Shown here in pieces: positions 10,147 to 18,049 of a stretch of DNA of 64,000 bases (position 1 is the first letter of the stretch; each line of letters begins with the position of its first letter). The notes under the pieces were generated by a model that made no database searches, had not been told where the DNA came from, and worked only from the letters and a program-made list of their open reading frames with translations. The translations under genes and the position numbers were made by a program. The DNA lies in the NCBI GenBank assembly GCA_050011555.1, contig JBEKIT010000010.1, forward strand, positions 18,720-82,719, read 5' to 3'. The stretch comes from Candidatus Dormibacteria bacterium (lineage in GTDB: Bacteria; Chloroflexota; Dormibacteria; Aeolococcales; Aeolococcaceae).

Positions 10147-11918
10147 GCACCCGGACCTCGCTGATCGGCATCGGGCGCGACCACCCCCGCTACAAGTGGG
10201 TGGCCCTTTCCAACACCACCCTGGGGTCGCTGCTCGCCACCATCAACCTCTCCATCGTCCTGATCTCGCTGCCGGCGATCTTCCGCGGGATCAAGGTCGA
10301 CCCCCTCGCCCCCGGCGAGATCGACTACCTGCTCTGGGTGCTGCTCAGCTACATGGTGGTCACCGCGGTGCTGGTGGTGACCGCCGGCCGCATCTCCGAC
10401 ATGCTCGGCCGGGTCCGGATGTACAACCTCGGCTTCGCCATCTTCACCGCCGGGTCGATCCTGCTCTTCCTCACCCCCGGGTCCGGCAACCAGGCGGCGC
10501 TGGAGATGATCGTGTTCCGGATTGTCCAGGCGGTGGGCGGCGCCTTCCTCTTCGCCAACGCGCCGGCCATCCTGACCGACGCCTTCCCGGTCGAGCAGCG
10601 TGGTCTCGCCCTTGGGCTCAACATGATCGCCGGGACGGCGGGTCAGCTCCTCGGCCTGGTGCTCGGGGGGGTCCTGGCCGCGATCAACTGGCACCTGGTC
10701 TTCCTGGTCAGCGTCCCGGTCGGCGTCCTCGGCACCGTCTGGGCCTTCATCGCCCTGCACGAGACGACCGTGACCCGCCGGGGGCAGCGCATCGACGTCC
10801 TCGGCAACCTCCTCTTCGCGGGCGGGCTGGTCGTGTTCCTGGTCGGGATCACCTACGGTCTGCTGCCCTATGGGACCTCGTCGATGGGCTGGCTCAATCC
10901 CTGGGTCGACGCCGGCCTGGTGGGCGGACCCGTGCTCATCGCCCTCTTCGTCGTGTACGAGCAGCGAGTCAAGGACCCGATGCTGGACATGTCGCTCTTC
11001 CGCATCCGTGCCTTCGCCGCCGGCAACGCCGCCACCCTGTTCGGCGCCATCGCCCGAGGCGGGCTCCAATTCATGCTGATCATCTGGCTGCAGGGGATCT
11101 GGCTGCCGATCCACGGCTACAGCTACCAGGACACACCGCTCTGGAGCGGCATCTACATGGTCCCGCTGCTCGCCGGGTTCATCCTCCTCGGGCCCCTCTT
11201 CGGCCTGCTCTCCGACCGCTTCGGTCAGCGTCCCTTCGCGGCCGGGGCGATGCTGATCACGGCGCTGGGGTTCGTGCTGCTCGCGCTGCTGCCCGCGGAC
11301 TTCTCCTACCCGGAGTTCGCCGCGGTGCTGGTGGTGATGGGCCTCGGGATGGGCGGCTTCCTCTCACCGAACACCGCCTGGATCATGAACTCGGTCCCCG
11401 CCGGAGCCCGGGGTGTCGCCTCCGGCACCCGAGCCACATTCCAGAACTCGGGGATGCTGCTCTCCATGGGCATCTTCTTCACCCTGGTCATCCTCGGCCT
11501 CGCCGGCAACCTGCCGGTCGCCCTCAGCCACGGTCTGACCGCGGCGGGACTCCCCGCCGCGCAGGCGGCCCAGATCTCCCACGTCCCCCCGACGTCGGCG
11601 CTCTTCTCCGCCTTCCTCGGCTACAACCCGATCCAGACGCTGGTGCCGGCGGCGGCCCTGCACAGCCTCTCCGCCGGTGCCCAGGCGACTCTCCTCGGCC
11701 ACAGCTTCTTCCCCAGCCTGGTGAGCCCCGCCTTCATCACCGGGCTGCGGATCGCATTCGCGATCGGCGTCGTCCTCAGCCTGCTCGCCGCGGCAGCGTC
11801 ACTCGTGCCGGCGGAGTCGAGGGCGGCGCATCGGGCCGCCGCGGCGATCCGGGAGGCCGAGGAGCCGGCCGAGCCGCTGGAGGTCCCCGCCGAGGTCGGG
11901 CACGGCGCGACCCGGTAG
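10143..11918 (+). CDS. MFS transporter, DHA2 family
   Basis: 591 aa with about 14 TM helices and the motif GRISDMLGRVRMY. Translationally coupled to marR. Confidence 0.85.
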   Translation: MSTRTSLIGIGRDHPRYKWVALSNTTLGSLLATINLSIVLISLPAIFRGIKVDPLAPGEIDYLLWVLLSYMVVTAVLVVTAGRISDMLGRVRMYNLGFAIFTAGSILLFLTPGSGNQAALEMIVFRIVQAVGGAFLFANAPAILTDAFPVEQRGLALGLNMIAGTAGQLLGLVLGGVLAAINWHLVFLVSVPVGVLGTVWAFIALHETTVTRRGQRIDVLGNLLFAGGLVVFLVGITYGLLPYGTSSMGWLNPWVDAGLVGGPVLIALFVVYEQRVKDPMLDMSLFRIRAFAAGNAATLFGAIARGGLQFMLIIWLQGIWLPIHGYSYQDTPLWSGIYMVPLLAGFILLGPLFGLLSDRFGQRPFAAGAMLITALGFVLLALLPADFSYPEFAAVLVVMGLGMGGFLSPNTAWIMNSVPAGARGVASGTRATFQNSGMLLSMGIFFTLVILGLAGNLPVALSHGLTAAGLPAAQAAQISHVPPTSALFSAFLGYNPIQTLVPAAALHSLSAGAQATLLGHSFFPSLVSPAFITGLRIAFAIGVVLSLLAAAASLVPAESRAAHRAAAAIREAEEPAEPLEVPAEVGHGATR

Positions 11919-12021
11919 GCGGGGAGAGCACGGCGCGGCCTCGCAGCCAGGGGAAGACGCGGCCGCCTTCGCAGCCGGGAGCGTGACGCGCCCCCGCGGC
12001 CAGGAGGACGGGCCGGCACCC

Positions 12022-12591
12022 TCAGCCGGTCGGCGCAGCCGGGCGGAACGCGGCCCGGCGCGAGGCCGGGAGCAGCAGCAGCACCAGGGTGGCGACCGGC
12101 ACGACGAAGAGGAGCAGCAGCGGGAGCAGCGCCGTGACCCAGCCGGGGGAGGCGGTCGCGCTCTGCGCCGCCGAGGCCAGCGCTCCCTCAGGCCCCCAGA
12201 CGGCCCCGTAGGTCACCCCCGCCGCCACCAGGATCAATCCCGCCTGGAGCGCCAGGGCCACCCAGTACGCCCACGCCCGGCGTCCGACCTTCACGCTCAC
12301 CACCACCCAGAGGGCGATCCCGGCGCCGACCAGGAGAACCCAGAGGAGCAGTGATCCCCCGGAGATGTGCCAGTCCTCGAGAGGGGAGCTCCCGAGCCCC
12401 GAGACGAACGCGCCGGCCAGGAGCCCCAGGCCGAGCGGGGCCAGGTAGGCCTCGAGACGGAGCAGGCCGCGCGCGGCGGCGAGCGTGCGGGAAAAGGGCT
12501 TCTGAGGCTGGACCCAGACCGGGCCCATCGGGCCGAGGGGCGCCTGCCCAGCGGGCGGTGGGGGTGGCGGGATCGACATCACGTGCCACAT
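12022..12591 (-). CDS. Hypothetical integral membrane protein
   Basis: 189-aa ORF with a Pro-rich N-terminus followed by four hydrophobic helices. GC3 is high. No family recognised. Confidence 0.55.
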   Translation of the reverse strand: MWHVMSIPPPPPPAGQAPLGPMGPVWVQPQKPFSRTLAAARGLLRLEAYLAPLGLGLLAGAFVSGLGSSPLEDWHISGGSLLLWVLLVGAGIALWVVVSVKVGRRAWAYWVALALQAGLILVAAGVTYGAVWGPEGALASAAQSATASPGWVTALLPLLLLFVVPVATLVLLLLPASRRAAFRPAAPTG

Positions 12592-12664
12592 TGGACCGCG
12601 CTGGACCGCGCTCGGCGGGGCTTCCGCATCAGGGTTTCCCCGCCCCGAAGGGCCTCCGATTCCC

Positions 12665-13543
12665 TCAGGGAGCGGCCAGGCCGAGCGCGATGAGGACGTC
12701 CGCGACCCCGCCCTCCCCGGGGGGCGGGCAGGTGCAGGCGGCGCCCCGCAGGACCTCCTCCAGCGCGCCCTCGACCGCCACCCCGAAGCCCACCGTCTCC
12801 AGCATGTCCACGTCGTTGGGGGCGTCGCCGATGGCGACCGCCCGGGAGAGCTCGACGCCGAGATCGGCGGCCAGCCGCCTCACCGCGGGGCCCTTGCCGG
12901 CCCGGGGGCTGGCGATCTCGATGAACTGGGGATAGGAAGGCGTCACCCGGGCCCGGGGGCCGAGGGTCGCGGTCATGAGGTCGCGGCAGCGCCGCGCCTC
13001 GTCGGCGTCGAGGACGACGCAAACCACCTTGACGGTCCCTCCGGCGATGGCGACGCTGAGGTCGTCCACGAACCGGATGGCCACCGAAGCGACCCGAGCG
13101 TAGGCGCGGCTCTCGGGGCGGTCCTCCTCGCAGACCAGGTTGTCGTCGATGTAGGCCTGGCGGTGCCAGCCGTGCTCACGGGCGGTGGCGATCGCCAGCT
13201 GGGCGGTGGCGGCGTCGAGGACCTCGGTGGAGACCAGCCGGCCGTAGACGACGCCCTCACCGGGATCGGGATCGGGCATCGCCTGGACCAGCGCCCCCTG
13301 GTAGCAGATGAGGGGGGCCGTGACCCCGAGACGGCGCGCCCAGGGGAGCACCGACCGGTACATGCGCCCGCTGGCGATGGCCACCGGCACCCGCTCCCCG
13401 GCCTGGCGCACCGCCGCCTCGATGCGGGGGTGGAGCTGCTGACGGAAGTCGAGGCAGGTCCCGTCCAGGTCGAGCACCACCATCTCGACCCGCTCGGGCA
13501 GGACCGCGAGGGCAAGCGGAGGCGGGGCGACGGAGTCGGTCAT
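12665..13543 (-). CDS. Cof-type HAD-IIB phosphatase
   Basis: VVLDLDGTCLD, IASGRMY and IGDAPNDVDML motifs with a cap domain of Cof/YbiV type. Confidence 0.85.
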   Translation of the reverse strand: MTDSVAPPPLALAVLPERVEMVVLDLDGTCLDFRQQLHPRIEAAVRQAGERVPVAIASGRMYRSVLPWARRLGVTAPLICYQGALVQAMPDPDPGEGVVYGRLVSTEVLDAATAQLAIATAREHGWHRQAYIDDNLVCEEDRPESRAYARVASVAIRFVDDLSVAIAGGTVKVVCVVLDADEARRCRDLMTATLGPRARVTPSYPQFIEIASPRAGKGPAVRRLAADLGVELSRAVAIGDAPNDVDMLETVGFGVAVEGALEEVLRGAACTCPPPGEGGVADVLIALGLAAP

Positions 13544-13818
13544 CGGGGCACCTGGCCGAGCTCGCGGGTGGCACCTTCGTAGATCTGGACAGAATCGGCA
13601 AGATCTTGCGGGAGTCGAACCCTCTGGTGCCCGCAGGTTCCGGAGCGCATCGAGAAGCCCCGGGCGCAGCGGGCCGGCGGGCCGTCGCCATGCACCTCAC
13701 ACAGCTCCTCGTGGCTGGGGAGGCGGCCCGGGACCCGGGGTGTGCCGCCTGCGGGGATCCGCTCAGCGAATGGGGCGGGGAGCGGAAGGGTGCCGAGGAC
13801 AGCCGTCATCCCGGTCAT
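13540..13818 (-). CDS. Small Cys/His-containing hypothetical protein (92 aa), ATGA-coupled to the Cof hydrolase
   Basis: ATG at 13818 (MTGMTAVLG...). Its stop TGA (13542-13540) overlaps the Cof ATG (13543-13541). GC3 is high in the first two thirds. Contains LCEVHGDGPPARCARGFSMRSGTCGH. The start is uncertain. Confidence 0.35.
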   Translation of the reverse strand: MTGMTAVLGTLPLPAPFAERIPAGGTPRVPGRLPSHEELCEVHGDGPPARCARGFSMRSGTCGHQRVRLPQDLADSVQIYEGATRELGQVPR

Positions 13819-13886
13819 CGTAAAGGTCGTCCCGGGGCCACCGTAGCGGCGCAGCAGCGTGATCGAGGGACCGACGAGGCCATGCC

Positions 13887-13994
13887 GAGATCCACCGACG
13901 GGGCCGTGGCGAGATCGACCGATTGCCCACGGCCACATCGCCCGCAGGGGCGGTGCTGAGATCAGCCGAAGGGCACTCCTTGAGATCGAATGTT
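13887..13994 (+). promoter_or_regulatory. Four copies of GAGATCnnCCGA-like motif upstream of the DEAD-box helicase gene
   Basis: GAGATC at 13887, 13911, 13958 and 13982, giving spacings of 24, 47 and 24 nt. The first three copies extend to GAGATCNNCCGA. Confidence 0.35.
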
Positions 13995-14053
13995 CCGATT
14001 CGACCCCCGGGGAGCCGCAGAAAGCCGGCTCTCGGTTACACTGATCCTCAAGT

Positions 14054-15295
14054 TTGCGTTCCTCCACCACGATGCGGTCGCGTCGACCGCCGGTCCTCAG
14101 GCCCCGACCCAGCCCGGTTGAAGCGGACGAGGATCTAGCCGCCACCTACTCTCCCCAGAGCTTCGAGAGCCTCGGCCTGAGCCCGGCAATGCTGCGCACG
14201 GTGGCCGAGCTGGGCTTCGAGCAGTCGACGCCGATCCAGACCGGCGCCATCCCCCCGGCGTTGCTCGGCAGCGACGTGATCGGCCAGGCCCAGACCGGAA
14301 GCGGCAAGACCGCCGCCTTCGGCATCCCCATGGTGGAGCGGCTCGACCCGGACTCCGACACCCTACAGGCACTCGTGCTCTGCCCGACCCGCGAGCTCGC
14401 GGTGCAGGTCCACGACGACCTTGCCCGGCTGTCGCTGGGCCGGCTTCGCGCCCTGGCCATCTACGGCGGCGACTCGATGTCGCGCCAGCTCGACGGGATG
14501 CGCCACCACCCGCACATCGTGGTCGCCACCCCCGGTCGCCTCCGCGATCACCTGCAGCGGCGGTCGATCTCGCTGAGCGGCATCCGGATCGCGGTGCTCG
14601 ACGAGGCCGACCGGATGCTGGACATGGGCTTCGCGCCCGACGTCGAGGCGATCCTCCGCGAATGCCCCAAGCAGCGGCAGACACTTCTCTTCAGTGCCAC
14701 CATGCCGGAGTGGGTGCGCCGCATCGCGGGCCGCCACATGCACGACCCGGTGACCGTCGAGGTGAGCACCCGGCCCGAGATCCCCGGTGAGGTACGTCAG
14801 CTCTATGTGCGGACCAGCTGGGCCGACAAGGTCGACACCCTCTGCCGCATCCTCGACCAGCCCGACGTGACCATGGCGCTCATCTTCGTGGAGACCAAGC
14901 GCACCGCCGACCTGCTCCAGGTGCAGATCGAGCGGCGCGGTTACACCATCGGGGTGCTCCACGGCGACCTCACCCAGAAGGAGCGCGACGAGGCGATGCG
15001 GCGGTTCGTGGCCACCCACGTGCGCTCGCTGATCGCCACCAACGTGGCCGCGCGCGGCCTCGACATCGACGACATCAGCCACGTGATCAACTACGACGTG
15101 CCGGGCACGCCCGACGACTACCTCCACCGAGTCGGCCGCACCGGCCGGGCGGGACGCAGCGGGGTCGCCGTCACCCTGATCACCCCGGCCGAGATCCTCA
15201 AGCTCCGCGACGTCGAGCGGCATGCCCGCACGCACATCGAGGAGGCGACGCTGGACGTGGACTTTCCGCTCCAGCCCATCTCCAACAGCGCCTGA
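14054..15295 (+). CDS. DEAD-box ATP-dependent RNA helicase
   Basis: Q-motif/GFEQSTPIQ, AQTGSGKT, PTRELA, DEAD, SAT and HRVGRTGRAG. Start is either TTG 14054 or ATG 14072. Confidence 0.9.
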   Translation: MRSSTTMRSRRPPVLRPRPSPVEADEDLAATYSPQSFESLGLSPAMLRTVAELGFEQSTPIQTGAIPPALLGSDVIGQAQTGSGKTAAFGIPMVERLDPDSDTLQALVLCPTRELAVQVHDDLARLSLGRLRALAIYGGDSMSRQLDGMRHHPHIVVATPGRLRDHLQRRSISLSGIRIAVLDEADRMLDMGFAPDVEAILRECPKQRQTLLFSATMPEWVRRIAGRHMHDPVTVEVSTRPEIPGEVRQLYVRTSWADKVDTLCRILDQPDVTMALIFVETKRTADLLQVQIERRGYTIGVLHGDLTQKERDEAMRRFVATHVRSLIATNVAARGLDIDDISHVINYDVPGTPDDYLHRVGRTGRAGRSGVAVTLITPAEILKLRDVERHARTHIEEATLDVDFPLQPISNSA

Positions 15296-15299
15296 ATCA

Positions 15300-16181
15300 A
15301 TGAGGGAGGGCGGCGGCCGCTCGTCCCCGGGGTCGGAGCCCGACCCGGGCGTGAAGCCTGAGCAGGTACCCGGACACGGCTCGAGCGGCGACCCGCAGGT
15401 GCCGCCCGCGCCCGTGCCCGCGCTCCACGACACCGGCTCCGGGCCGGCCCTCCTCTTCCTCCACGCCTTCCCACTCGACGCCTCGCAGTGGGATCACCAG
15501 GTCGCCGCCCTCTCCGGTGACTTCCGCTGCCTGCGCCCGGAGATGTGGGGCTGCGGCGACTCGCCGGAGCTGGCCGACCCGCGGAGCGCCACCCTCGACG
15601 GCTACGTCGGAGCGGTGCTCCGCGCCCTCGACGCGGCCGGGGCCGGGCAGGTGGTCGTGATCGGCCTCTCCATGGGCGGCTACACCGCGCTGGCGCTGCT
15701 GCGCCTCGCCCCCGAGCGGGTGCGCGCCCTGGTGCTCGCCTCCTCGCGCGCCGCGGCCGACACCCCGGAGCAGGCGGAGAACCGGCGCACCATGGCCGGG
15801 CTGGCGCTCCGGGACGGGGTCGAGACCGCCGTCCCCATGGTCAAGCGGCTGCTCGGCCCCCGGGCTCGTGGCGAGCCCCACATCGCCGACCCGGTGGTGG
15901 GGCGGATCCGGCGCTGCCGGCCCGCGGGAATCGCCGCCTGCCAGTCGGCGATGGCATGCCGCCCCGACAGCACCTCCCTGCTCGGCTCGGTGGCGGTCCC
16001 GGCGCTGGTGATCCACGGCGAGCAGGACGCCATCGTCAGCCTGGACGAGGCCCGCGCGGTGGCCGCAGCCCTGCCGCACGGGGAGCTGGTGGTGATCCCC
16101 GGGGTCGGCCACCTCACCAACCTCGAGGACCCGCCCGCCTTCACCGCGGCGCTGCGGGGGTTCCTGGAGCGGATCGACTGA
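15300..16181 (+). CDS. Alpha/beta-fold hydrolase
   Basis: ATG 15300 lies 4 nt after the helicase stop. Has LLFLHAFP, the nucleophile elbow GLSMGG, and the HG...GH pattern near the C-terminus (VIHGEQD, PGVGHL). Confidence 0.8.
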   Translation: MREGGGRSSPGSEPDPGVKPEQVPGHGSSGDPQVPPAPVPALHDTGSGPALLFLHAFPLDASQWDHQVAALSGDFRCLRPEMWGCGDSPELADPRSATLDGYVGAVLRALDAAGAGQVVVIGLSMGGYTALALLRLAPERVRALVLASSRAAADTPEQAENRRTMAGLALRDGVETAVPMVKRLLGPRARGEPHIADPVVGRIRRCRPAGIAACQSAMACRPDSTSLLGSVAVPALVIHGEQDAIVSLDEARAVAAALPHGELVVIPGVGHLTNLEDPPAFTAALRGFLERID

Positions 16182-16247
16182 GCCGGGGGGCGCCGGCGCG
16201 GGCCGCGCCGGGGCTGCGTCCGGAGGCGCGGTGGGACGCGGGGCGGA

Positions 16248-17444
16248 TCAGCCGGCGGCGGCAAGCACGGGCGGCGCCGCCGCAGGCCGGTTGAGGGGCA
16301 CCGCGCAGAAGCCCTCGTAGTCGATCGGCTCGGTGATCGTCGGGTTCTCGCCGCAGACCGGGCACTCGGGGTCACGGGGGACCCGGAACTCGCGGAAGCG
16401 CATGTCGAGGGCGTCGATGTGGAGGAGGCGCCCGGTGAGCAGCTCGCCGGTGCCGAGGATCAGCTTGATCACCTCGGTCGCCTGGAGCACGCCGACGATC
16501 CCGGGCAGCACCCCGAGCACCCCCGCCTCGGCGCAGGACGGAGCCTCCTCGGGGGGCGGCGGCGCGGGGTAGCGGCAGCGGTAGCAGGGCGAGAGGAAGG
16601 GGACGATCGTGGACACCTGGCCCTCGAAGCGGAAGATGCCGCCGTCGACGAGCGGCTTGCGCTCGAAGATGGCGACGTCGTTGGCCAGGTAGCGGGTCGG
16701 GAAGTTGTCGCAGCCGTTGACGATCACGTCGTACTGGCGGAAGAGCCGGGGGGCGCTCTCGCTGGTGAGGACCTCGGCGTGCTCGACCACCCGGACGTCC
16801 GGGTTCAGCGCGTTGAGGGCGATCCTCGCGGACTGGGTCTTGGGCATGCCGATCCGATCCTGGGTGTGGAGGATCTGGCGCTGGAGGTTGCTGACGTCCA
16901 CGGTGTCGAAGTCGACGAGCCCGATGGTGCCGACCCCCGCCGCGGCCAGGTAGAGCGCGGCCGGCGAGCCCAGCCCACCGGTGCCGATCATCAGCACCCT
17001 GGCGTCCAGGAGCTTGCCCTGGCCCTCCTCGCCGATCTCGGGCATGAGCAGGTGACGGCTGTAGCGCAGCTTCTGCTCGGCGGTCAGGGTGCGGGGGACC
17101 ACGAACTCGTAGCCCGCCTGTTTCCAGGCTCCGTAACCGCCCGACATCGAGGCGACGTCGTGGTAGCCCATGGCGTCCAGGACCTGGGCGGCGAGCAGGG
17201 AGCGGACTCCCGCCGCGCAGTAGAGGGTGATCGGGGTGGATCGCTCCGGCACCGTCTCCTCGATCCGGATCTCGATGTAGCCCTTGCTCAGATGGATCGC
17301 GCCGGGGATGTGCCCCTGGTCCCATTCGTCCTGCTCGCGGACGTCGATGAGGGTGCGGCCCCCCATCTCCCGCACCTCGTGAGGGGTCAGCTCACGGACG
17401 GTCCGGCGGGCGGCGGCAAGGAGATCTCTGGAGGTCTGCGACAT
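16248..17444 (-). CDS. Rhodanese-ThiF/MoeB-family adenylyltransferase (sulfur-carrier activating enzyme)
   Basis: N-terminal rhodanese (DVREQDEWDQGHIPGAIHL, active-site loop LYCAAGVRS), then ThiF/MoeB (YSRHLLMPEIG, GTGGLGSP, CYRCRYP...CPVCG zinc site). Confidence 0.85.
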   Translation of the reverse strand: MSQTSRDLLAAARRTVRELTPHEVREMGGRTLIDVREQDEWDQGHIPGAIHLSKGYIEIRIEETVPERSTPITLYCAAGVRSLLAAQVLDAMGYHDVASMSGGYGAWKQAGYEFVVPRTLTAEQKLRYSRHLLMPEIGEEGQGKLLDARVLMIGTGGLGSPAALYLAAAGVGTIGLVDFDTVDVSNLQRQILHTQDRIGMPKTQSARIALNALNPDVRVVEHAEVLTSESAPRLFRQYDVIVNGCDNFPTRYLANDVAIFERKPLVDGGIFRFEGQVSTIVPFLSPCYRCRYPAPPPPEEAPSCAEAGVLGVLPGIVGVLQATEVIKLILGTGELLTGRLLHIDALDMRFREFRVPRDPECPVCGENPTITEPIDYEGFCAVPLNRPAAAPPVLAAAG

Positions 17445-17539
17445 GCGCGAAGTCTACCCGGTGAAGCGGGAATCTCGACTTTGGGGGTCGGGATTACCCG
17501 GCGACGGGCGCGCCACCGGGGAAGCGGACCCACTCCCCG

Positions 17540-17592
17540 CCGTCAACTCGACTGGATGCCGGCTCTGTGCTATGACTACTGCGAGTTGACGG
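17540..17592 (+). promoter_or_regulatory. 11-bp perfect inverted repeat CCGTCAACTCG-N31-CGAGTTGACGG just upstream of the EspR-like gene
   Basis: Arms at 17540-17550 and 17582-17592. The right arm ends 10 nt before ATG 17603 and abuts the GGAGGG ribosome-binding site. Confidence 0.5.
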
Positions 17593-17602
17593 GGGAGGGT
17601 CG

Positions 17603-18031
17603 ATGAGGGGTGAGCCCAGCCCGAGCCTCGCTGAGAAGCTCGAGAGCCTTTTCCAGACGGTCCACGCCGCCGGCCGGTCACCGCACAGCAACGCCGAGGT
17701 GGCGGCGGCGCTCCAGCGCGACGGGGGGCCGACGGTATCCGCCACCTACCTCTGGCAGCTCCGCCGGGGGCTCCGCGCCAACCCGACCAAGGCACACCTG
17801 GAGGCTCTTGCCCGCTTCTTCGGGGTGAACCCCAGCTACTTCTTCGACGAGACCCCGGGGTCTGAGATCGCCGTGCAGCTCGCCCTCCTCGCCGCGGTCC
17901 GCGACCCCGGGGTGAGGGAGATCGCGCTCGCCTCCTCGGGCCTCTCGCCGGCCAGCCTCCAGGCCATCCGGGCGCTGGTGGAGAATGCCCGACGCCTGGA
18001 GAGGCTGCCCGAGGTCCGATCCGCCGGTTAG
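17603..18031 (+). CDS. EspR-like HTH nucleoid-associated transcriptional regulator
   Basis: LAEKLESLFQTVHAAGRSPHSNAEVAAAL...ATYLWQLRRGLRANPTKAHLEALARFFGVNPSYFFDE...VREIALASSGL aligns along its length with M. tuberculosis EspR as recalled. Confidence 0.75.
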   Translation: MRGEPSPSLAEKLESLFQTVHAAGRSPHSNAEVAAALQRDGGPTVSATYLWQLRRGLRANPTKAHLEALARFFGVNPSYFFDETPGSEIAVQLALLAAVRDPGVREIALASSGLSPASLQAIRALVENARRLERLPEVRSAG

Positions 18032-18049
18032 ACGCGGGCCGCTCGCGGA

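Noticed and set aside
13605-13640. tRNA/tmRNA-like T-arm sequence GGGTTCGACTCCC on the minus strand
   Set aside because: The flanking sequence does not form an acceptor stem, there is no CCA or discriminator context, and the T-stem pairs only 3 bp. The segment also lies inside a plausible coding frame (13540-13818).
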